A DNA stretch of 64,000 bases from a virus. Shown in pieces: positions 12,073-22,962 of this stretch. Both the position numbers and the translations under genes were made by a program. Position 1 is the first letter of the stretch; each line of letters starts with the position of its first letter. Under the pieces are notes generated by a model. It did not search any database. It worked only from the letters and a program-made list of their open reading frames with translations, and was not told the DNA's origin. Location of the stretch: positions 1 through 64,000 of IMG/VR virus record IMGVR_UViG_3300002052_000002. The stretch is one strand, 5' to 3'.

Positions 12073-12606
12073 TCACTTAATCTCCTTCATCCATACATCA
12101 GTGCCTCGATTTGTAAGCCAAACTTTGCGCCATCTAGTTCTTTTCATAGATTTCGCAGCAACAAGATTATCAGCTTGTACACGAGCTACCATTATATCTA
12201 TCCCATGAGTTTTTGCAATCTCCTCTTTCATAGCATGGAGAACATAAGAATAACCTTTATCACGATATTTCTCCTCAATGCGCATCCCAGAAGAATATAT
12301 GATAAAATTATCTCCACTTATTTCTCCAGCAAGAGTAAGACAGAAACTCCCAAAATAATCACTGAATTTTGCATTGGGAGTTCTAGTATAGATATTCACA
12401 GTTACTCTTTCTCCCCCATCATTTCCTGAATTGAACCAAAGTCTCAAAGAAGCTCCAGATGGTAATAGAACTTTCCAATTATCGAAGACTTTTTCTATGG
12501 ATTCTCTATGGAAAAGTTCTCTTTCCCAAGCATTCTTTTCAACCTTGAGTTTCTTTTCATGCTTAGATACTGTCACAAACATACTATCATTTTGTAATAC
12601 CTTCAT
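12073..12606 (-). CDS. GNAT acetyltransferase (MKVL N-terminus)
   Basis: 'IEEKYRDKGYS' acetyl-CoA motif A and 'DNLVAAK...W' motif B. Confidence 0.75.
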   Translation of the reverse strand: MKVLQNDSMFVTVSKHEKKLKVEKNAWERELFHRESIEKVFDNWKVLLPSGASLRLWFNSGNDGGERVTVNIYTRTPNAKFSDYFGSFCLTLAGEISGDNFIIYSSGMRIEEKYRDKGYSYVLHAMKEEIAKTHGIDIMVARVQADNLVAAKSMKRTRWRKVWLTNRGTDVWMKEIK

Positions 12607-13397
12607 TCTTCTCTCCTTTCTAAGAAATTGTGTATGGCGTTAACGAATCGGCGAGCATTTATATCGCCAAATTCTGGTCGGCTATTAACCTCAAGAACAT
12701 ATAAGTTTCTTCCCTGCATAATAATATCTACCGCACCAAAATCATATTCTAATGCTCTCAACGCTGCCTCTCCTATATTTTTGACGTTTCGACGCAGACC
12801 TCTTTCTTCTCCAACTCCGCCCCATCTTGCTCCTCTATGTTCATTCCATCTGAAGTCCCCATTGGCAGGGGCAAACTTTTCCATAAAGAAAGCCATTATG
12901 CGATGAACCATCATCGCTCTGAACTCTCTATCCTTCTCTATATATTCCTGATATAATTGGTCCCGTTTGAAGCCAGGTCTATTAGTCAATCTCATGCCAG
13001 TTCCCATCTGTCCTACATCTGGTTTAACTACCAAGCGTGGATTACCTGCTCTCTCCCACTGTGCTCTAGTATTATAGACAGTTGGGACAGCAACTCCAGC
13101 ATTTGTAAATAAACGATTCTGCTCTACTTTTCCAATCACTAATCGTGGATTGAGAATTCTCACTCCATTTGGATAGTGTCCTTGGAACCTGCCATGATTA
13201 GCTCCCCATCTTACGATAGTATCACCACGACCAGCTCTTCCATTATAATGTCGCCATCCTCCAATATCAGCAATCCTTCTCCAAGTAGTTAAATGTGCGT
13301 CTGCATCGATGTAAATCATTAGCGTCGTCTCCTTTCTTTGAATAAGAAGAATTCTAATTCTGATTCGGAAATGCACCATATAGAACCATCTTCGCAC
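12603..13397 (-). CDS. ATP-grasp peptide ligase (RimK-like); likely start 13319
   Basis: VVKPD.G..GTGM, YQEYI..DREFR, DFGAVDII, YVLEVNSRP. Confidence 0.92.
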   Translation of the reverse strand: MRRWFYMVHFRIRIRILLIQRKETTLMIYIDADAHLTTWRRIADIGGWRHYNGRAGRGDTIVRWGANHGRFQGHYPNGVRILNPRLVIGKVEQNRLFTNAGVAVPTVYNTRAQWERAGNPRLVVKPDVGQMGTGMRLTNRPGFKRDQLYQEYIEKDREFRAMMVHRIMAFFMEKFAPANGDFRWNEHRGARWGGVGEERGLRRNVKNIGEAALRALEYDFGAVDIIMQGRNLYVLEVNSRPEFGDINARRFVNAIHNFLERREE

Positions 13398-13618
13398 TCT
13401 ACTTCCATAAAATCTGTTGTGCAGTCTTCACATAAATCAGGTTCTATTAATCTATCATTGTGGTCGGAATAACTATCCTTTGCACATTTCCTATATCCTA
13501 CTATTTTACGCCAATAAGGTTCTTCTTCGTCCTCCGTATCTTCTACATATGCAAGATATGAACCTATTGGTGCTAATTCCTCAACTGTCTTGTGATTTTT
13601 CTGCTTCAATATTTTCAT
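13319..13618 (-). CDS. Hypothetical Cys-rich protein, probable start at internal MKILKQK
   Basis: ATG at 13618 preceded by GAGG; the ORF track begins 24 nt earlier. Confidence 0.65.
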   Translation of the reverse strand: MKILKQKNHKTVEELAPIGSYLAYVEDTEDEEEPYWRKIVGYRKCAKDSYSDHNDRLIEPDLCEDCTTDFMEVECEDGSIWCISESELEFFLFKERRRR

Positions 13619-13815
13619 CGGCTGATTCCTCAAATTCAGCATCTATTACGTTGGCATCTCTGCCAGGTAATAGTGCTCTACCTCCCTTCATTAGGTACGT
13701 AGTGTCAGAAGTTAGACTTACTTTCTCTACATCACAACCAAGCTCTGCAGCGACGTCTTTCACTTGGTCTAGGATGTATTCGAGGTAGTCCATATCATCA
13801 TCGTGAATTTGAATG

Positions 13816-14259
13816 TCAAGTTCTATCTTCGCCTTCATCTTCCTCCCCTATTTGATAGTAATATTCTTCGTCCTCTTCATCCTCAAGCTTATCGCCTCTG
13901 AGAATTCTTTCTATTATATCTAGTGGGATTCCCCTCTCTTTTAAATCCTCTATATAGACTTCATATGGGTCTGTTATAATCATCAACTCAAAGTTTGGGG
14001 AACTATTTCCACATTCTCTGCATTCATATCTATCTATTTCAATTTGTTGATGCTCCTCATCTAAATTTTCTTCAGCTCTTCCAAACTCATCAACAAGTGA
14101 TATTCCCCTAACAGTTGATGTCCACATGGCGACTATGTTCTCTGGAGCTCTACAGGCAACACACCAATACCTACCTCCACCGCCTACACTACTCAGCCAC
14201 TCATCATACGTGGGGATATTTATTTCTTTCTTCTCTGGTTTGTTTAGAATAATTTTCAT
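13816..14259 (-). CDS. Zn-ribbon protein (CxxC...CxxC), MKIIL N-terminus, acidic tail
   Basis: CVAC and CREC motifs. Confidence 0.7.
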   Translation of the reverse strand: MKIILNKPEKKEINIPTYDEWLSSVGGGGRYWCVACRAPENIVAMWTSTVRGISLVDEFGRAEENLDEEHQQIEIDRYECRECGNSSPNFELMIITDPYEVYIEDLKERGIPLDIIERILRGDKLEDEEDEEYYYQIGEEDEGEDRT

Positions 14260-15309
14260 AACCCATACCTCTCAATCTCTTCTATATCTGTCAATAGCAT
14301 CCTTTCTCTTGGAAAATGCTTCTTGACGATTCTACACATATTATATGTGTAATCGCAGGAAGCATCCGCCCTAAACATCTCTATGAATTTATAATTTTGC
14401 CCCCTGAAATCTAAACTAAGTTCTCGAACTTCTAAATCATCTGGTCTTTCTGAGGCGATGACGATTCCTTTTTCAGTTGCTGGATGTTTAAACACCCAAA
14501 AGTATGACATTATTTTCTCCCTATTTTCATTCTGCGAAGGATTTCTTCTTTGATTCTCTCCCTCTCTTCTCCCCACTTCACATTATCACCTTTACGGTAA
14601 TTTCGCTCTTGCAACTTGGTAGCTAATAAGAGAGACCGTAACAATGCCTCATCATCAAATTCTCCATAGTTATAGCTGACCATTCTGCACCTCCTTTGTT
14701 GCTACATCTGTGGCCTCTACTTTATAGATTGTGTGGATATGTTTAGTTTTCAGGAAGAACTCAATTGATAAACCAATAAAATCCACAGCATTATCTGATG
14801 CTTCCCTAATTATACCTCTATCTACCCCTGTCCAATACTTATCAGAATGGTTTCGAAGCCAGAAGTATTTCATTATAACCCCCTAACACATACTGGAAAT
14901 CCTTTAGATTCCTGTGGTTCCTTTGGCATATCTGAATCTTCCTCTAATGTTTCTCTATGGGAAGCTAATGCAAGTCTCATACCTATTCTATCTTTGTTGA
15001 AATACTTGCATCGTTTCCACCAGTCTTCCCCCCGCTTTTTCGTTGGGAAAGTTTCAATCCAGATGACCTCTCCGTCTTCTTTCCTAAAGACAAACATAAG
15101 CCACCAATGGAATTCCAGCATTTTTCTACCACATTGATCTTGATTTATCATTTCCTTTATCCTCCTCTTCTGGAGTAAAAAGGAGTTTGAAGAATACTTT
15201 CTTACAATCTGGACATTCCATCCTATCGAAAGTAGAATGTATTTTAATCGTAGCCACTCTTACCAATTCGACATGCTTTTTACAGCGAGGACAGAAATGT
15301 ACTATCTTG

Positions 15310-15600
15310 TCACTTTCCATTCTTCACTCGGTCTCCTCTATACCATACATTTTCTTTTCTAGCTGGAGTCTGTACAAACATCTGCACATCGTCTCCATCT
15401 AGTCTGCCAATAACTACAGGGATGAACAACGCAGTGTATTCCCACGCACAGAGAGGCTCGAATTCTTTCTCAGGAATCTCATAGACTTCTCCATGTATTC
15501 CTTTGAATTCTGCTGCCTGTATAAATTTCCCACCCATCTGTTTCATCTTCCACTCGTTCTCAGCACCCCTTATAAGAGTGCCCCATACGAATAATTTCAT
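15310..15600 (-). CDS. Gamma-glutamylcyclotransferase (AIG2-like)
   Basis: LFVWGTL.RG..N and IHGEVYEI motifs; next to amidoligase. Confidence 0.85.
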   Translation of the reverse strand: MKLFVWGTLIRGAENEWKMKQMGGKFIQAAEFKGIHGEVYEIPEKEFEPLCAWEYTALFIPVVIGRLDGDDVQMFVQTPARKENVWYRGDRVKNGK

Positions 15601-15601
15601 T

Positions 15602-16873
15602 TTATTCCTCCTCTAATTTCTTTTCTGGCGACCATCTGTAGACACAGCCATTCTTATTATCAGAATGAGTATGCCACGACCCATCCAAATACCAATTCTT
15701 ATGAATGGCATTGATATCAAAGAAGTTGTCAACTCCTGAATAAATCATATCTAATAAAGCCTTATGGGTATTCTCGTGGTAGTTTGAGTATCTCCGTTTG
15801 ATAAGTCCTGCAAAGACTGCTTCATTAGATTTTATGACCTTCTTCGCTTTTGGGATATCATAATTATTTATGATTCCTACAATCACATCTTCTTTGACAG
15901 GAAGAATCAATTTGAATATCGGATAATTTAGCCCAAGAAATATAGCTGCTCTCGTCATATCATAAGAGAAATGATATACAACAGGAGAAACTAGGACTGC
16001 AGAACTTGGAGTCCTATATTCAATTCCATGGGATGGGAAACGATATTCCCCCGCTCTTCCATAGTACATCCGTCTTAATGGGCTTTCAACTTTTTGAAAC
16101 ATTGAGACAGACATGATTCCAAAAATGGCATCTGCTGCCTTAATCATATTTATTTTTTCTTCTTCCTTCCTTCCACTTAAGCCAAAATGGAAATGACAGC
16201 CAGCGAATCTAATTGGAAGAGCCGCAGGGTCTTGGACTTGGATGGATGGCGTGTTATAAACATTTTTACTAGGGGCACACCCTAGTTCAATATGCTCTGG
16301 TTTAGCGTCCGCCATTACCTCTGTTGGGATATCCATCACACTTTTGTATGTGAACTGACATTTTCTGTCGAAGGCTCTAGCAGCTTTCCATAATTTGACG
16401 AGTTGATAGTGTGTAGCATCTGTGAAGTATGCTAAACATCCACCATGAGGAACAGTAAATTCCGCCTGGAATCCATCCCAAAATACTCCTTCCCCACTTT
16501 GTTTCGCTGCCTTTTTGTTAGGCAAGAATTTGAAGGCTGGAATTACGATGCCATCTTTGTCCACTACGAATATCTCTGGGTCACCTCCGACGGTGCATCC
16601 TGATACTTGAGCGTAGTGCAATAGCTTTGCCCTACTCTCTGCAGTCATCCCCTTTAAGTCGGCTGTTCCCGCTATAGTACAACGTTCACTCTCTTCCGTC
16701 CTGATGTAGGAACTGTTGCCATTATCGATGTCGATGAGTCTTCCAGATACTATCTTACTTGGTCTGTCATGATACATATCTGTGAAGACGCCGATGGTGC
16801 CCTGGTATTTGATTATCTTACCAGCGCATTCTATCAATAATGGGGGCATCTTCGACCGCCGTTTAAGAATCAT
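15602..16873 (-). CDS. Second phiEco32-like COOH-NH2 ligase (type 2)
   Basis: VGGDPEIFV, DGFQAEF, LGC.PS.NVY, RFAGCHFHFG, RRMYYGRAGEYR...HGIEYRTPS. Confidence 0.92.
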   Translation of the reverse strand: MILKRRSKMPPLLIECAGKIIKYQGTIGVFTDMYHDRPSKIVSGRLIDIDNGNSSYIRTEESERCTIAGTADLKGMTAESRAKLLHYAQVSGCTVGGDPEIFVVDKDGIVIPAFKFLPNKKAAKQSGEGVFWDGFQAEFTVPHGGCLAYFTDATHYQLVKLWKAARAFDRKCQFTYKSVMDIPTEVMADAKPEHIELGCAPSKNVYNTPSIQVQDPAALPIRFAGCHFHFGLSGRKEEEKINMIKAADAIFGIMSVSMFQKVESPLRRMYYGRAGEYRFPSHGIEYRTPSSAVLVSPVVYHFSYDMTRAAIFLGLNYPIFKLILPVKEDVIVGIINNYDIPKAKKVIKSNEAVFAGLIKRRYSNYHENTHKALLDMIYSGVDNFFDINAIHKNWYLDGSWHTHSDNKNGCVYRWSPEKKLEEE

Positions 16874-17352
16874 CTTCTATACCTCCTTTTCTTTTTTGGT
16901 TTCTCCTCTTCAGGGAGTTGTTGAATTGTTAAAGTACTAATCCTTTCCACGTCAAGCTCGCTTCCCCACGTATTTTTACCTTCTAAATGTAAGAAACAAT
17001 TCTTCGGGTTTCTCACAATATCTCGAAGGTTCTCATCTAAACTTTCTTCCTCATCATAATAATTATCAATTAGTTCTCCTTCGAGAATTACTCTAATCCG
17101 CATCACATCACCTCCTTAATGTCGACTACATATGTAAGTCTACTAGTTCTTTCAAATGCTTTCGTGCTTCATTTTTCTCTTCTTCAGTAGAAGCCATCCA
17201 ACAATTGAAGTGCATATAAGTACGAGTATTCTCTTTGGGTTCTCCACATTTGAAACAGTGAGTTAAAACGAATTGCGAATTTCCAAGGTCATTTCTGATA
17301 AGAGTGATGCCGATGTCTACTTTTTTCTCTTCCCATTTATGAAATACTTTCA

Positions 17353-17766
17353 TTAGTTATGCCATTTCCCATCTAAGATATGAGCCATTTCATGCCCGAA
17401 AGTCCGTAAAATTATGGAGCCATCTTTCTGACGTGGAATATATATTTCCTTGAAATCGATTTGCCCATTGTCCTTCCTCTCCCAGTCAATCTCCATCCCA
17501 CCTACTTGCTCAGGTGTATACTTTGGGTAATGCTCTTTGATTACTCTCTCCCATGTCTCTTCATCCACAAATCTAATAGTTATTGGGATTTCTACCATCT
17601 TATCCCCACGTTCCTCTTTCTGGAAAATTTTGTACATATCTTGTTTTGGAACCCAAGTATAATCTCTTGCAGGGATTGGAGAAGAGTATGTACCCATAAC
17701 AAGAAAGATGGCGATAATGCCTGTAAAGATTAAACTAACATAGTTTCTCTTCAAAAACTTCAGCAT
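17353..17766 (-). CDS. Membrane-anchored protein with HExxH zincin motif
   Basis: N-terminal hydrophobic helix; C-terminal FGHEMAH. Confidence 0.55.
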   Translation of the reverse strand: MLKFLKRNYVSLIFTGIIAIFLVMGTYSSPIPARDYTWVPKQDMYKIFQKEERGDKMVEIPITIRFVDEETWERVIKEHYPKYTPEQVGGMEIDWERKDNGQIDFKEIYIPRQKDGSIILRTFGHEMAHILDGKWHN

Positions 17767-18178
17767 CTACACTCCCCTTTCCTTCATTGTTTTCCTTCTT
17801 CCCTTCCTCCATCTTTTGACCACGAGAAAGAAGTCCAACAAATGATTCAATAGTTATAGCTTCTGCTAGTAAGGAATTGTCTCTCATTCCAACAAGTTTG
17901 CCATAGAATGTATCTATAGGTAGGACAGCGATTTCCCTTACTAAGCGAAGGCTCCTCTCTATGTAGGCTAAGTCATATGGGTACATCTCCGATATATTTT
18001 TGATTAATCCTTTCATAGAGCCTCCTTTTAGACATCCTTATATGTTTTATGTGGCGGGATTCTATATCCTATTCCACCTTCATACTTTAGTTCTTGTGGT
18101 AATAACCTGCGGTTACAAATAGGACATCTCACACGCCTACGCTTATCCAAGAATAAGACATTACTACATGGACACCAC

Positions 18179-19060
18179 TTATAGGTTCGTTTCTTTTTTA
18201 GTAGCATAGTGTTCTTCCCTTACTCTACGTTTCACCATCAACGCAGTTTCCCTTCCAATAGCCTTTTTTGCTGCTTCGGTTATTTTAACTTCCTCTTTGC
18301 CCTCTTTCTCAATATCTTCTATCATTAAGGAAATGATTTCCCCTATATTTTCAATTGCTAATTCAACCTTCCCACTCGTGATTATATGATTTAACCTTTC
18401 CTCAGTCACCCACTCATCCACGATGTCTTTTGCTTCTTCCAACATCTTAAGTTTATCTAATACTTTCCTTGGAGTAGCTGTTTCTCTGAACTCATCCCGC
18501 TTATGTTTAGCAATTATTCTTTTACCATCGTTCTTAGTCACCTCTTCTAATGGGCGGAGAACAATTCCCTCTCTTTTATGTCCAGCTCCCATACCGTTAC
18601 GAATAGCTTGGACAGAGTCTGCATCTCTCTCCGCATCAATAGCTTCGAGAGTTGTGGGTATTCGTTTGTAATGCACAAACTCAAGTCCTAATCTCTCACA
18701 GAACTTCTCTGCTTTGAGAACGTTCAACCAAACATTCCCAATCTTTACTTCGAAGCAAACGAATTTTGGTGCATCTCCGTAAGTAGCTGACATCCTTTGG
18801 AATTTACTACCATAGAACTCTCCGTATACGTGGATACTCCTATTTGGAGGAGATACCTCTTTGAATATCTCAAGCAATTTCCCCTCATCAAATAACTTTA
18901 CGAATATTTTATGAGGAAATCCGCCTGAGAAGAATGATATATTACCATTCTTATAACTAATATGAGCGGAAGTTCCATGTATCTTTTCCAGCGCATAGCA
19001 CTCTTTGAATTGAAAGATGTCTTGATTTTTGTAGAGATTATCTATATCCATATAGCTCAT
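18179..19060 (-). CDS. Rnl2-family ATP-dependent RNA ligase (start moved to ATG 19060)
   Basis: Motif I EKIHGTS, III YGEFYG, IIIa FVCFEV, IV REGIVLRP, V IAKHK; GGGAGG RBS before MSYMDIDNLY. Confidence 0.88.
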   Translation of the reverse strand: MSYMDIDNLYKNQDIFQFKECYALEKIHGTSAHISYKNGNISFFSGGFPHKIFVKLFDEGKLLEIFKEVSPPNRSIHVYGEFYGSKFQRMSATYGDAPKFVCFEVKIGNVWLNVLKAEKFCERLGLEFVHYKRIPTTLEAIDAERDADSVQAIRNGMGAGHKREGIVLRPLEEVTKNDGKRIIAKHKRDEFRETATPRKVLDKLKMLEEAKDIVDEWVTEERLNHIITSGKVELAIENIGEIISLMIEDIEKEGKEEVKITEAAKKAIGRETALMVKRRVREEHYATKKETNL

Positions 19061-19081
19061 ATAACGCCTCCCTATAAAATC

Positions 19082-19119
19082 AGATTGGCTTTTCAAGGGT
19101 TAGTTGCTGAAACCAATCT
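19082..19119 (-). ncRNA. CAGCAA hairpin element 1 (in RNA ligase leader)
   Basis: AGATTGG-TTTCAGCAA-CTAACCCTTGAAAAG-CCAATCT. Confidence 0.8.
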
Positions 19120-19435
19120 TCGAAGATTTGCAGGATAGATAGGATTCCTCATCCTGCGAGTTATTTATAAATACCTATTGGGCCAAAATACACTATCAGT
19201 CGAAACATCTCCCGAAGAACCACAAATATCTCGATAATAGAATTCCGTATGACAGTGTACACAAATTCCTTCAGATTTGAGAATTTTGCAGATGGCTTGA
19301 GCTGCCTTTTTACTTAATCCGTTTAACCGTGTATCACCTGTTATGATATAATGTTTTTTCCTCCACAAAAGTTTCTCTCTACTATTAATTTCGTATCTCA
19401 TAAGACCTCCTTTAGTCATCCCCTCTAAACTATTC

Positions 19436-19489
19436 AGGCTGGAGGTTTTCAGATTAAATGTCTGAGCCTTTGGTTGCTGAAACCAGCCT
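19436..19489 (-). ncRNA. CAGCAA hairpin element 2 with tRNA-Lys-like anticodon arm
   Basis: AGGCTGG-TTTCAGCAA-CCAAAGGC-TCAGA-CATTTAA-TCTGA-AAACCT-CCAGCCT. Confidence 0.8.
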
Positions 19490-19934
19490 TCAACACTTAT
19501 ATTATCTTTACCTGATTAAGTTCGATGAAAAACTTCTCTCCGCAACCTGCACACTGTAGATAGACAGGATTATTTCTGTCGTCTCTTATTCTGAAGAATG
19601 CGTAGCCACAACTACATACCCACGTTCTTGGTTCTACTACTACAGGAGACCAGTGGGCTTCTCGTTTTAGTGTTGGTTTTGTGGCATGGGAACCAATCCA
19701 AAATTTTATACTCATCTCTTTCCCCCTCTCTTACTTAACTTCATTGGGTTGATTTTCTTTTTACTTGTTGGGTCAATTACTACAGGTAGTATGTGAGTTC
19801 TACTTGCACATCCGCCCAGCTTTGTCCATAATTTAGTAGGCTCTACGTGCCTATCACAAATCTGCCCCCATTTGATATGGTCACATCCTTCATCTTGTTG
19901 GCACTTCTGATGGAGCTCTAAGTTACTGAATTGA

Positions 19935-20036
19935 TTAATGCTTCTTGATATTCCGAATATCATTTCTTCTCCTCTTCGTAGACCCATCTTGCCCAAAAGT
20001 TTGTCCATCAAGGTCGTTATGGTGGAATATCTTCAT
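19935..20036 (-). pseudogene. N-terminal remnant of a DHH-family phosphoesterase
   Basis: GGAGG RBS, then MKIFHHNDLDG (DHH motif-1-like), then unrelated sequence and a stop after 33 aa. Confidence 0.5.
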
Positions 20037-21142
20037 TATTATCCCTCCGATGCTGCTTTTAGTTGGCAGTAGATTTCGTAGCAGGTCGGATGGAAATACC
20101 AAATTCCTCCGTCCCACAATTCTAAAGGTTTGTAGATTTCCATTATTTCTTCATTACACCATTTACATATTGGGTTATGGCTTTTAGTTTTTTCCATCGT
20201 CATATTTTATATGGTCACACAGTGTGTAGAACTATTAAACCATCGCCATCTCTTAAATCTTCTTTGCAATGTTCACATTTATGTACGAATCCATATTTCT
20301 TTTCATCATAATTTCCAGGCACTAGTACGTGGGGCTTCTGTACTAACTTACTTCTCCTCCTCTTCATCTAACGCCTCCTCTCCTTCTTCCTCTTCTTCCC
20401 TCTTCGCTTTATATAAGAATGGGTGTAGGTATCCAATCCTCTCTTCGATGCTCATGTAACTTAGCTGCGGTTTAATGAGTCCCATCTTTTCTCCCTCCAC
20501 TAATCGCTCTCTAAGTAAATCTCCCCATCGTCTAACTGCCCTACTCCATGCTTCTTACATTCTTCTTCATGTATTCTCTTCGCAGGACAGTTGCCAGCGA
20601 AGCATTTATAAAACTTATGCTTTTTTGGATGGAGATATCCGCATTCGTTGCACGCTTCCTTTATAGCTTTATTCTTCTTCTCTTCCATCTTTCCATTTCC
20701 TCTTCATCTTCTCTAGCTTTTCTCGTTCTCGTTGAAGATAGTTCCATCCCCACGCCATTGTAAAGACCCCGAAAAATATTAATGGTAATGCAGGATGGAG
20801 CATCTTAAGTCCTTTGCCCAGTAAAACCGCCCCAAAGGCGAGGACACCAAGTCCTACCAAACCGTCAATAATTGGAACTATAAAGTCTCTATTTTTCATC
20901 CGTATCCTCCTGCTCCCATCTTCCGTAATATAGTTTGCAATGCCCCATGATATTCTTTTGGGACTCCAAATCCCTCACAAAATGGGCAACGTGGAATCTT
21001 ATTCTTTTCCAACTGCTTTTCATACCTATAGATTAGAATAAATAGCCAGAGGAATCCAACTCCACAAGCCATAAGGAACATCGATAGCAACATAAGTATA
21101 ACATTAATCATCTTAGCTCCTTTCTTAAATGATTTGTTTAGC

Positions 21143-21200
21143 AGATTGACTAGTGGGTTCGACCCCACCATTTATCCAAGTGTTGTGCGGAAGTCAATCT
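21143..21200 (-). ncRNA. Divergent hairpin element 3 (CCGCAC variant)
   Basis: 9-bp stem AGATTGACT/AGTCAATCT with TCCGCAC at the motif position and an internal hairpin. Confidence 0.6.
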
Positions 21201-22962
21201 TCTGGGGGGCTTAACTTATTTCTCTGCAGCGAAAAGCTTTTCCCGTATTAAGAAATAGAGATTATATCTTCGTCGTCGTCGCCTAATGGGAATTTCTCAT
21301 TGCAACCCACACACTCTGCATACCAGCGTAAGTCACAATCCCCACCATCCTCTTTATATATTTCGAAACTACTAGTACCACAAGAGCAAGTGAATATGGA
21401 TATTTTTCTATTTGTGACTTGTTTCCATTTTCCGTTCTTCTTTCTCCCCATCGTCCTCTCCTTTCAAAATGCCTCCTTTATGCTGTGGTAATCCACCATA
21501 TATCGTTGCGTAATACTATAGACCAATCCTGCCTAACAAAAAGATAAGAATCCCAATCGAGTATCATCCAATTGAAATGTCCGTTTCTCATTCCTTTACC
21601 ATCTTCCTTGTTTTCTGCTCTAGGACTTTAGACATATTCTCAATGGATTGTAACACGTTCTCGCCAGTATTCTTAATGGTCTTATCCGTGGTTACTATAT
21701 CCACGCCATACTTCACCGCTGCCATTTTGAGCATACTATCCGTACTTGGCATGGCTACAGATAATAGCAGAGCTATTATAAGAGCAGGAACGAAACGCCG
21801 CAGATATGCTTTAACCATTGGTGCCTGTTTCTCCGCCACCTTGTTGTGGCTTAAATGTTCACTATTAGCATCAACTATATTAACTATTTTCCATATGATG
21901 CCAATAACAACACCTATACTACATACCACTGTAGTTGCGATGAATAGCCCTTGAATAGCTGTTAGTTTGAACAATAAATATACTTGCCACCATTCCATTT
22001 TACTTCCTCCTCTCGAATATTAAAAATGCCTCACTCTCCATTCTCATCCACCATCAGTGTGAAAGGAGTCTATCTTATAACAGATTGTACATTCATAAAT
22101 AGAATCAGCCATAGTTCCACCTATACAGGTATATCTATGTCTCCTCCCTGTTATAATATAACATATCACCTTTCGCCGAATCCATTCAAAGAGTGGAATC
22201 CTCCTCATTGTGATTCTTTCTTCATCATATTCACCTTTTGCTTTTGCAGGCCTTTCACTCTTAGCATATAATTCTAGAAGGTACGGATTATTTGTTATCA
22301 TTTTACTCACCCCCTTACTCATTCCTATTAACAACGATGTTTAAACGAAAGAACATATACTCGATGCTTAATTCTATAACCCAATGACTCATGCCAAAAT
22401 TAAAACCAAACCACACCTCATCTGGGTCGTAGAATAAACTCCATTGCCCCCAACTTGTTCCTTTACCCCACGCTTTCACAATCTTTTCTCCTTCTTAATG
22501 GTTTCATCCACAATTTGGAAGTGAGTATCAGATACAAAGAAACTTACAAGGTGCCCAGTTCTTCTTTCTAACCATCTTGCAAATTCTCGTGGAGTGATAT
22601 CAATTAGCGGATTGCCTTCTTTATCCACGATTTGAAACCAAGTGCCTTCGCCTGCTATTTTAACTGTCCTTAGTTCTCCGTACATGGCTTTCCTTCCTCC
22701 CAATTTATGAATCGTGGGTCTATGTTATGCACACCCCCGTCGAATTCTGTTGCTGTTGCCTTCATCTTTGGACACTTCCTGCATTTCCATAGCTCATATA
22801 TTATAGGAACTCTTCGCACAGTGCTTGAGAATATCAACTGGATTGTGCCGTGCCCTTTCTTCTCTACGACTTTCTCCCACTCATGAAACAGATGCATTGC
22901 ATTCCCCTTTCTTTAAATCTCTCTTACTTTTTCACCCCCTTTCCTTTTTGACCTGAATATGC

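Noticed and set aside
21151-21170. tRNA gene (GGTTCGA...CCA)
   Set aside because: No acceptor stem, D arm or anticodon arm, and the loop is 6 nt. I found no complete tRNA in the window by eye.
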